Shown here in pieces: positions 30,451 to 38,480 of a stretch of DNA of 54,161 bases; position 1 is the stretch's first letter, and every line of letters begins with the position of its first letter. The notes below the pieces were generated by a model, which had not been told where the DNA came from, did not search any database, and saw only the letters and a list, made by a program, of their open reading frames with translations. Both the position numbers and the translations under genes were made by a program. This DNA is from Alphaproteobacteria bacterium (GTDB taxonomy: Bacteria; Pseudomonadota; Alphaproteobacteria; Rs-D84; CACZYB01), in the NCBI GenBank assembly GCA_051885355.1, contig JBJEXC010000021.1:1-54161 (forward strand), read 5' to 3'.

Positions 30451-30624
30451 ATGGCTTGGTATGATGAACCTATAACATTAGGAGATAGTTATGATCCAGA
30501 TTTCTCTGATGAACCTTATGATCCAGATTTGTATGATAAAGAACCAAAATCTAATGAAGAAAGAATTTCGGATTTAGAAAAAATTGTTGAAAGATTACAA
30601 CAAGAATTAAGAGAAAGATGGTAA
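30451..30624 (+). CDS. Small 57-aa protein (not in ORF track)
   Basis: AAAGGAAGG RBS; MAWYDEPITLGDSYDPDFSDEPYDPDLYDKEPKSNEERISDLEKIVERLQQELRERW*; terminator follows. Confidence 0.7.
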   Translation: MAWYDEPITLGDSYDPDFSDEPYDPDLYDKEPKSNEERISDLEKIVERLQQELRERW

Positions 30625-30659
30625 ACATTTTCCCCTCATATGGAGGGGAATGTTTTTTT
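30623..30659 (+). terminator. Intrinsic terminator
   Basis: TTCCCCTC-ATATG-GAGGGGAA followed by T run. Confidence 0.75.
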
Positions 30660-30726
30660 ATGTATCTTTATAAATGTCAAACTCAGTTGGTAAATTCTTT
30701 ACTCCTTAACATGGCTTTAAATAATC

Positions 30727-30748
30727 TTTGTGCAAAATTTGTGCAAAA
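30727..30748. repeat. Perfect 11-bp tandem direct repeat
   Basis: TTTGTGCAAAA x2, about 115 bp from the tRNA-Arg 3' end. Confidence 0.8.
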
Positions 30749-30862
30749 ACTTTCGTTTCGTTCTCTATATATTCTCGTTTTTTATAGTGTTTTTTCGTAT
30801 TTTAAACTATTCTCTCATTAAAGAAATTTATTAAAAAACTTAGGAAAATCAAAAACTTAAAA

Positions 30863-30939
30863 TGGTGACCCCGAGACGATTCGAACGTCTGACCCACAGC
30901 TTAGAAGGCTGTTGCTCTATCCAGCTGAGCTACGAGGCC
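30863..30939 (-). tRNA. tRNA-Arg(TCT)
   Basis: GGCCTCG acceptor, ACAGC-CTTCTAA-GCTGT, CCA. Confidence 0.97.
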
Positions 30940-31113
30940 ATACAAGAACATTTATATATTATAAACATTTATTAACTTTTGTAAAGTCTTTTTTTTCTCA
31001 CTTATATACAAATAAGGAAAACAAAATTTTTTTATTTGACTTTATTCCTATTGTATATAAAATTACCCACAGCTAAACATAGCTTAATTATAAAAACAAA
31101 AAAGGAGAAAAAT

Positions 31114-31266
31114 ATGAAAAAATTAGTTACAATTGCATTAGCATTATTTGCTCTTTCTGCATGCACAGGAACACGTGGTAAAATTGGCGGACAAAAAGTT
31201 TGCACAAATGAATACCTATTTGGTGTAATTTCTATCAGTGAAATGATTGACCCATGTGGAAAATAA
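31114..31266 (+). CDS. Small lipoprotein
   Basis: AGGAG RBS, MKKLVTIALALFALSAC lipobox, 50 aa. Confidence 0.8.
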   Translation: MKKLVTIALALFALSACTGTRGKIGGQKVCTNEYLFGVISISEMIDPCGK

Positions 31267-31329
31267 TAAAATCTAAACAGGAGTTATAATACTCCTGTTT
31301 ATTTTAACTTTATAAAAGGAAGGTCAAAA

Positions 31330-31734
31330 ATGAAAAACACAAAAAAAAGTAAATCTACATACGGAACTTTATCATTTTTTTTTGGTAGTTTTGGTTTTCA
31401 TAATTTTTATGTAGGACAGAAAAAACAAGGTATATTAAAACTTGTTTTTGCAATTATGGTAATCGCTCTTGCAATGTTAAGAAGTCGTGGTGCATCACAA
31501 TTACCAATAGAGGCAAGAGAAAATATCTATAACAGTTTCGATTACATAATATCTTACATTTATTTTTATATAGCAAGTTTCAATATATATAATTACATTC
31601 AAGTAATATTAAGCAAAGATAAAACTAAATGGGAAGATATAGATAATTACGGACTAATTCTTTTCAATACAGCAAGTTCAATATTAACATTGTTAATGTG
31701 TATCAAACAAATCATTGTATTAGCAAAGTATTAG
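31330..31734 (+). CDS. TM2-domain membrane protein
   Basis: FFGSFGFHNFYVGQKKQGILKL. Confidence 0.8.
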   Translation: MKNTKKSKSTYGTLSFFFGSFGFHNFYVGQKKQGILKLVFAIMVIALAMLRSRGASQLPIEARENIYNSFDYIISYIYFYIASFNIYNYIQVILSKDKTKWEDIDNYGLILFNTASSILTLLMCIKQIIVLAKY

Positions 31735-31776
31735 AAAAACAAAACAGGACTTAAAATAGATCCTGTTTTTTTTACT

Positions 31777-32739
31777 TTAAATACAAAAATTCAATACATA
31801 CCCGCTTATCATAAATGCCACAAACAAAAACAATATAAACAATGTTAAAAGCTTAAAAGAAAATACTTTCTTTAACATTATCATTTCAGGTAAACTTATC
31901 GCCGTAATACTCATTAACATAACAAGAGATGTTCCACAAGGAACCCCCTTTAATAATAACACTTGAATTATAGGCACTACCGCAGTATGATTTGCATACA
32001 CAGGAATCCCAGCAACAGCAGCAAATGGAACAGCAAACACATTTTCACGTCCCAAATATTTTATAAATAATTCTTGTGGAACATAGCCATGCATAACCGC
32101 GCCAACAACTAACCCTAATATGACATATAAATATATAGACTTTAATGTTGATAAGGCAAACTCATTTGCATATTTTAAAAGAGCTATAAACTTATCTGTC
32201 TTACTTCCACAATGGCAATGAGTATGTAAAGGCACAACCTTTAAATCTAAAAATCTTTCCAACTTAAATTTATCAGTCAGATAGCCTGCTATAACAGAAA
32301 TAATTGAACCAACCAATACATAAACAAAGGCTACAAACAACCCTGCTCCTTCCATTCCTATAAGCATAAATGTCGCAATCTCACTTATAAGTGGGGAAGA
32401 TATTAAAAACGCCATTGCTATACCAAACGGAATTCCAGCCGATACAAAACCTATAAACAAAGGAATTGAAGAACAAGAACAAAATGGTGTAAATACGCCT
32501 AAAAATACCGCCAACACATAACCATACCATTTACCCCGTCCCGAAAGATAATGCTTTATTCTATCTGGTGAAATTTGGGACCGAAACAAAGAAATTATAA
32601 ATATAGATATGTAAATAAGAAAGAATATCTTAAACACATCTTCTATAAAAAAATGCACTGCCAAACCTAATGATGAATCCAAAGAAAGCCCCATCAAACA
32701 AATACTCCAATCGGCAAAATCTGTAAAAACTCTTAACAT
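31777..32739 (-). CDS. ArsP-like (DUF318) permease
   Basis: TPFCSCSSIP, FLISSP, SLPEMIMLKKV. Confidence 0.88.
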   Translation of the reverse strand: MLRVFTDFADWSICLMGLSLDSSLGLAVHFFIEDVFKIFFLIYISIFIISLFRSQISPDRIKHYLSGRGKWYGYVLAVFLGVFTPFCSCSSIPLFIGFVSAGIPFGIAMAFLISSPLISEIATFMLIGMEGAGLFVAFVYVLVGSIISVIAGYLTDKFKLERFLDLKVVPLHTHCHCGSKTDKFIALLKYANEFALSTLKSIYLYVILGLVVGAVMHGYVPQELFIKYLGRENVFAVPFAAVAGIPVYANHTAVVPIIQVLLLKGVPCGTSLVMLMSITAISLPEMIMLKKVFSFKLLTLFILFLFVAFMISGYVLNFCI

Positions 32740-33059
32740 TCACAACCACCTTTACAATCACAATTTTCATCATTACAACAATCCGCAAGAAGGAAATTCG
32801 CAATTTTCCTTATCTCACCACACTTTGCCTTATAATATATCTGCTTTCCTTTCCTTTCACTTTTACAAATTCCTGCATTTTCCATAAGGGATAGATGAAA
32901 TGACAAAGTATTCCTTGGGAAATTATTCATCTGTTTTGAAATTTCTGTCGGAATAATTCCATCTTTACAATGCTTAACAAGAATTAAAAATATTTTAAGC
33001 CTAGTTTCATTACTTAACGCATCAAAAACTGCTGTTATATTTGATAATTTTTTATTCAT
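32733..33059 (-). CDS. ArsR/SmtR-type metalloregulator (ArsR family)
   Basis: ALSNETRLKIF, TLSFHL, C-terminal CC and Cys-rich tail; overlaps permease start. Confidence 0.9.
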   Translation of the reverse strand: MNKKLSNITAVFDALSNETRLKIFLILVKHCKDGIIPTEISKQMNNFPRNTLSFHLSLMENAGICKSERKGKQIYYKAKCGEIRKIANFLLADCCNDENCDCKGGCEC

Positions 33060-33090
33060 GTTTTTCCCTTTCATTTATTTTTATATTTCA

Positions 33091-33128
33091 ATATTTCTAA
33101 TAATATAGAAATATAACCCAAAAGTCAA
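33091..33128 (-). promoter_or_regulatory. Promoter and candidate ArsR operator
   Basis: TTGACT-17-TATTAT; inverted repeat ATATTTCTA-N6-TAGAAATAT (33091-33114) centred on the -10. Confidence 0.6.
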
Positions 33129-33192
33129 CCATTATTTTATTGACAAATAAATAATTTTTTTATATAGTAAATAAAAAACAAAGGAATATAAA

Positions 33193-33486
33193 ATGAAAGT
33201 AATAGAAAACACAAAACTTAATGATTTAATTATATTACTTGATTATCATATTGATAGAGTAAAAGAATATTCATCAAAGAAAAAATATTTTGATTTAAAA
33301 AATTTCTATAACTATCTACCTTCATCATTTGCAAACGATAAATTATTTTTAAGACTTCACACACTAATGCATATCGCAAATGAAATAGAAAGAACATCTC
33401 TCTTATCTCAAAGCGATTTACAAACTTTACAAAACCGCTTTTGGTCACCTATATCAAAAATAATCCTACAAGTAAATGAAAAATAG
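33193..33486 (+). CDS. Hypothetical protein
   Basis: 97 aa, AAGGA RBS, TTGACA upstream. Confidence 0.6.
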   Translation: MKVIENTKLNDLIILLDYHIDRVKEYSSKKKYFDLKNFYNYLPSSFANDKLFLRLHTLMHIANEIERTSLLSQSDLQTLQNRFWSPISKIILQVNEK

Positions 33487-33526
33487 TTGAAATATTTTTT
33501 TTATTATATATAATGTAAAGGATTTT

Positions 33527-33611
33527 GCGATCGTGGCGAAATTGGTAGACGCGCAGTGTTGAGGTCGCTGTGGGGCAACCCTTGGAAGTTCAAGTCTTCT
33601 CGATCGCACCA
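33527..33611 (+). tRNA. tRNA-Leu(GAG)
   Basis: GCGATCG/CGATCGC acceptor, TTGAGGT loop, long variable arm, CCA. Confidence 0.96.
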
Positions 33612-33644
33612 AAATTTTAAATTCTTTTCCCTTTATAATTAATT

Positions 33645-33778
33645 GAAGTTCAAGTGTCCTCGGGCTTTGCCCTCGTTCGTCCCGTAAGGTTCAACTTCGG
33701 ATTTCATCCTCGTTTCACCAACTATCGACTCCTTCTCGATCGCACCAAAATTTTAAATTCTTTTTCCCTTTATAATTA
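33645..33778 (+). repeat. Second copy of the tRNA-Leu 3' end and trailer, split by a 76-bp insert
   Basis: GAAGTTCAAGT[33656-33731]CTTCTCGATCGCACCAAAATTTTAAATTC...CCCTTTATAATTA repeats 33585-33641. Confidence 0.9.
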
Positions 33779-33857
33779 CACTTTATGATTTTTCAACAAT
33801 ATCAATAAAAAAAGGACTTGAAAACACAAGCCCTTTTCTTTTTTATTTATTAATATA

Positions 33858-34730
33858 TTATTTCCAAAATTTCAAAGCACCTAATAAACCAAGTTTTCCT
33901 TGCTTTGAAAAATATACTTTTCCACAGTATGGACACTTGTTCAAATTCTTTGTAAATATCTTTGCAATCTTTTTTGCAATAATAACAGGTATCAAAGTAA
34001 TAATAAATACAATAACAACAACACCTAATACAAACCATTTAAAATATGTATTAATTGCAGTCATAATACTTTTTACCCCAGAAATCTTTGAATTTGAAAA
34101 TTCCTTATAAATAGATGTAGTAATTTTTCTTTGACCTTCTGTCATAATACCATATCTACCAGCAACTAAATTCTTATAATTTGTATCATTCAAACTTAAT
34201 TGCTTTTGCATTTGATTTGAACCAAACTCACTAAGTTCTGTTTTCAAAGCATTTGTTAAATCACTTTGCAAAGTCTTTGTAATATTTTCAGTTGAAGTTT
34301 TAATTTGGTTATTAATTTTATCAACTTGAGCCTGCAAAGCAGAAGTAGTATCAGCAACCTTTGTTGCTTCCTTAACACCTAATTTTGATAATCCAGATGC
34401 AACTTTATTAACCTTTTCTGTCTTTTCAACAACACTATCAAGTTTTATTTCAGGCACCTTTATTTTACTTGTATATTTGTTGATATTTATTTTATTAACC
34501 AAATCATTTGAAAGAGTTGTATATTGATCCATCAAAGCCTTATTTGCTTCATAAACACCTTTTACAACAGCAAACTCTTTTATAGCATCAGCCTTTGTAT
34601 AAATAATATAACACACAGGAAGAGTTACACATATTATCCAAAGGAAACTAAAAATATTTGCGATTTTTTTTGCAGTTGATTTTTGATGTAATACTTCGTA
34701 TTCATCACCAGATTTTACCTTTTTTACCAT
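33858..34730 (-). CDS. Membrane protein: two TM helices, coiled coil, C-terminal CxxC
   Basis: 290 aa, AGGAG RBS, CPYCG. Confidence 0.75.
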   Translation of the reverse strand: MVKKVKSGDEYEVLHQKSTAKKIANIFSFLWIICVTLPVCYIIYTKADAIKEFAVVKGVYEANKALMDQYTTLSNDLVNKININKYTSKIKVPEIKLDSVVEKTEKVNKVASGLSKLGVKEATKVADTTSALQAQVDKINNQIKTSTENITKTLQSDLTNALKTELSEFGSNQMQKQLSLNDTNYKNLVAGRYGIMTEGQRKITTSIYKEFSNSKISGVKSIMTAINTYFKWFVLGVVVIVFIITLIPVIIAKKIAKIFTKNLNKCPYCGKVYFSKQGKLGLLGALKFWK

Positions 34731-34897
34731 AGACTTCTCCTTTTCTAAATTAAAGTTAAACTAAATCTATCTTAGTAAAAAAAATATCTATATGCAATAA
34801 GAAAATTATACCTATGAAATATTCAAAATTATAAAAAGGGAAAACAAAAAAACTCCGCTACAAAAATAACAGAGTTTTTTTTAATAAAATGAAAAAA

Positions 34898-35185
34898 TTA
34901 TCTTTGCTTTGTTAAATAATTTTTAACATCTTCATAACTAATACCATCATCTTTTGCTTCTCTTTTTAAATATTGTTCAAAACTTAACATATCAGCAGGA
35001 GCAGGTATTTCTTCTTCAAAATCATCAGTACCTATTATAGTATTCATACGAACATATACTTTATATTCTTCCTTTTGTTCTTCTACCCAATCTTTAATAA
35101 ACTTTTCTTTCTTTTCTAAACCAAGCACACGAGTAATTTCTTCCCTTACAATATCTCTTATTTTATTTTCAGTTATATTATTCAT
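34898..35185 (-). CDS. Hypothetical protein (ends ...LTKQR)
   Basis: 95 aa, AAGGA RBS, TTGACA upstream. Confidence 0.7.
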   Translation of the reverse strand: MNNITENKIRDIVREEITRVLGLEKKEKFIKDWVEEQKEEYKVYVRMNTIIGTDDFEEEIPAPADMLSFEQYLKREAKDDGISYEDVKNYLTKQR

Positions 35186-35304
35186 GTTGTTTCCTTTTTT
35201 TGATTAAACATAATAAATTATAAACCAATTGTTTATTTTGTCAACAACTTATTTAAGTAAAACAAAAACCCGTCTTAAAAACGGGCTTGAATTCTTTTTG
35301 TTTT

Positions 35305-35380
35305 TGGCGTCCCCAAGGAGATTCGAACTCCTGTTGAGAGATTGAAAGCCTCTAGTCCTAGGCCTCTAGACGATGGGGAC
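35305..35380 (-). tRNA. tRNA-Glu(TTC)
   Basis: GTCCCCA acceptor, AGAGG-CTTTCAA-TCTCT, CCA. Confidence 0.96.
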
Positions 35381-35461
35381 AACTTTCAAACATAGAGGAT
35401 ATTATACATATATAAAAAACAATTGCAAGCACTTTTTTCACAAATTTTATAAAAAAATTTT

Positions 35462-35947
35462 CTATCTTACCATATCACGCGCCGCTTTACTAAGACTGTC
35501 AACCTTTTCATGATATTTCAAACTTTCCTTTTTCACCCAACAAATAAATATATTTTTATCGGACAAAGATGAAAGTAAAAAATAAATTTCATCTAAGATT
35601 TCATTTGAATTATTAGGTTTATCAACATATTTCTTAATCTTACTTATCGCATTTAAACAATCATTGAAAATCACTATATCCAAATCACCCAAATTCGCCC
35701 TATTCATATTCAAATAAGCCAAAGTATGCTTAATCGCATTTAATTCCATTTCCACAGGAGAGTTTGCTATATCAACTCCACTTTTTTCCACATACTCACC
35801 ACCAACAGAAACAAATCCATAACCACCCTTGCCTTTTCCCTCTACAAAACTTCCATCGGAAAAGAATACATAAGAGTTTTTCATAAGATTATTGCAACGC
35901 TTCAAAGCCTCTTTTTTATTATAATATTTGTCATCAATTATATACAT
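35462..35947 (-). CDS. RNase H-like protein (RNase HI fold)
   Basis: FSDGS, EMELNAI, IFNDC, WVK, VDSLSK match the RNase HI D-E-D-D layout. Confidence 0.7.
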   Translation of the reverse strand: MYIIDDKYYNKKEALKRCNNLMKNSYVFFSDGSFVEGKGKGGYGFVSVGGEYVEKSGVDIANSPVEMELNAIKHTLAYLNMNRANLGDLDIVIFNDCLNAISKIKKYVDKPNNSNEILDEIYFLLSSLSDKNIFICWVKKESLKYHEKVDSLSKAARDMVR

Positions 35948-36092
35948 TTTTGCCTCATTATATATATTTGTCTATAATATAAACATATTATTTAATTTTG
36001 TCAAGTAAATATTTTATTGAAATAATTGATTTTCAAACCAGATAGTGCTACACTTTAATCACTTTTATAAATTAAACAAAAGGAGAAATAAA

Positions 36093-37157
36093 ATGGCAAT
36101 GGTATCATTACGACAATTACTTGATAATGCTTCCGAATACGGTTACGGTATTCCAGCATTCAATATAAACAATATGGAACAAATGCTCGCAGTCCTCGCT
36201 GCCGCAAACAAATGTAACGCTCCTGTTATTATCCAAGCATCAAAAGGTGCAAGAGCATACGCAAACGACAAAGTCCTTGCTCATCTTATGAAGGCTGCAG
36301 TTGAAATGTATCCAAACCTTCCTATCTGCCTTCACCAAGATCATGGTCCATCCGTTTCCGTATGTGCTTCCGCAATTTCAAATGGATTTACTTCCGTTAT
36401 GATGGACGGCTCCCTTACCCCAGACGGCAAACCTTCAAGTTTCGAATATAATGTAGATGTTACAAAACATACAACCTGCATCGCACACCCTCTCGGAGTA
36501 TCAGTAGAAGGTGAAATAGGCGTTATAGGCTCCCTTGAAACTGGAAAAGGAGACAAGGAAGACGGCTTTGGTGCAGAAGGTAAAGTATCAAAGGATAAAC
36601 TTGTTACCAATCCAGCCGAAGCAGCAAAGTTCGTTTCCGCAACACATGTTGACGCACTCGCTGTAGCAATAGGAACTTCACACGGCGCTTACAAATTTAC
36701 AAGAAAGCCAGACGGCGAAATTCTTTCTATTGAAACAGTAAAACTTATCCACGAAAAACTTCCAAACACCGCTTTGGTAATGCACGGCTCTTCAAGTGTG
36801 CCTCAAGATTTACTTGAAGAAATCAACAAATATGGTGGAGCAATTCCAGAAACTTACGGCGTTCCAGTAGAAGAAATTCAAAAGGGTATCAAATACGGTG
36901 TCCGCAAAGTCAATGTTGATACAGACCTTCGCCTTGCTTGCACCGCAGCAATAAGAAAAGTTTATGCAGAAAACCCTGCTGAATTTGACCCAAGAAAGTA
37001 TCTAAAACCAGCAATTGAAAAAATGCAATCAGTATGTGAGGCAAGATACGAACAATTTGGTGCCGCAGGTCACGCCGACAAAATTAAACCTATATCACTT
37101 CTTGATATGGCAAAAAGATATGAGTCTGGCGAACTTGACCCAATAATCAAAGAATAA
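36093..37157 (+). CDS. fba: Class II fructose-bisphosphate aldolase
   Basis: PAFNINNMEQ, HQDHG, VEGEIG, GTSHGAYK, MHGSSS; ATG 36093 after AGGAG. Confidence 0.97.
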   Translation: MAMVSLRQLLDNASEYGYGIPAFNINNMEQMLAVLAAANKCNAPVIIQASKGARAYANDKVLAHLMKAAVEMYPNLPICLHQDHGPSVSVCASAISNGFTSVMMDGSLTPDGKPSSFEYNVDVTKHTTCIAHPLGVSVEGEIGVIGSLETGKGDKEDGFGAEGKVSKDKLVTNPAEAAKFVSATHVDALAVAIGTSHGAYKFTRKPDGEILSIETVKLIHEKLPNTALVMHGSSSVPQDLLEEINKYGGAIPETYGVPVEEIQKGIKYGVRKVNVDTDLRLACTAAIRKVYAENPAEFDPRKYLKPAIEKMQSVCEARYEQFGAAGHADKIKPISLLDMAKRYESGELDPIIKE

Positions 37158-37163
37158 AAAAAC

Positions 37164-37190
37164 AGCCCCTCAAACCGAGGGGCTTTATTT
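37164..37190. terminator. Bidirectional intrinsic terminator
   Basis: AGCCCCTC-AAACC-GAGGGGCT. Confidence 0.75.
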
Positions 37191-37787
37191 TATCTTTGCT
37201 TATTCTTTAATTGAGGGAATATTTTATTCATAACTTCGCGTTTTTTATTTACTGCCAATAATTGAGGATTTTGAATTATATGAAATAACAACAAATCATC
37301 ATTTAATAACATTTTAGGAAGATAAACTCTTTCATTTCTAATAATATCTTCAAGAATTTCATCACGATTTAATAAATGATTAAATATATCAAAACTTTTC
37401 ATTAATACTTCTATTTTTTCATCATTTTCTACTATATCTTTATCATAAGTATAAGTGTTTAAAGCTAAAACATCAGAATTATATATATCTATTAAATCAG
37501 ATAATAAAGTATATGAAGAAGGTGATTTTAGGAATAAATCAAAAAAGCCTGTGAACATATTAATAACATTTTCATCTTCTAGTTTATTAAACTTATTATA
37601 TAATACCTTCATAACTTTTGAAGATTTATTAATTTGTTTTACAGTTAAAAGATCTTTATATGAAAAAAACAAATTGATATTCTACTACACTTTTTATTTC
37701 TTGAACTTTCTCATTTACATCATCATAATTCCAATAAAAAGAATCTGAAGTTGTGGGATTTTGTTTTGAAGAACTAATATTATTCAT
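37190..37787 (-). pseudogene. Frameshifted hypothetical gene (ends ...KNKQR)
   Basis: ATG 37787 with GAGAGG RBS gives 43 aa then stop; removing one T from the T7 run (37663-37669) joins it to the 160-aa ORF. Confidence 0.65.
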
Positions 37788-37892
37788 TTCAATACCTCTC
37801 TTTTTTTTATTATTTTTAACTAATTATTTATCAGTCTAAACAAAAAAAACAAATGTCAATACTTTTATTTCCCTTTCTATATTTTCCCCAAA

Positions 37893-38373
37893 TCAGCAAG
37901 CGGTCACCCCCAACCCCCCGAAGGGGTGACCGCAGTCGTTTCACTCCCTTTGTGCTGACTCTTTTTTCCATTTAAGTTCCTTTCATTCATTCAATTCTTC
38001 TCGGGAGGTAAGTTGGTTTCCATTTCGCCATCCCCCTACACCCCCCTATGGGGGATGGCGTGTAATTAACTTCGTAATTACTTTACTGGTAGATTCATTT
38101 ATTTAAGTATGCGAGCCGGCCGGCGGCCGAAAAATTCGGCCGGCTCGCTGTGCCCCACACAAAATCTTTCTTTATTTATTATTTGCATATCAGTTTCTCC
38201 TTTAATTCTTTTTCGAGTAGAGTTCATCATTACACTCTCCTCCTTGTCTTTGGCGACCCCCTGACCCCCCACTGGGGGTCGCCCGTAATTGTCTTCGCAA
38301 TTACTTTACTGGTTGATTCATTTGCATATTTTTCTGAGGGTGACCGCAGTCACTTCGTTCCTTATGTGCTGAC
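37893..38373. repeat. Cluster of GC-rich palindromic (REP/REPIN-like) elements
   Basis: Four 10-12 bp perfect stems (37900-37933, 38026-38060, 38111-38148, 38252-38283) plus a half copy (38338-38373). Confidence 0.85.
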
Positions 38374-38480
38374 ATCTTTTTCTTTCTAATAAAAAATCCC
38401 CTCTGGACCAGAGGAGAGTAAGAGGTTACTAACCGTAAAAAAAGCCGAACAGCCCACAAAGGTTGCTATTCGGCTTTTCT

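Noticed and set aside
37893-38373. CRISPR array
   Set aside because: Units are not identical direct repeats, spacing is irregular, and no cas genes are present
38150-38389. 79-aa ORF in the palindrome cluster
   Set aside because: No RBS, and the sequence is explained by the hairpin repeats
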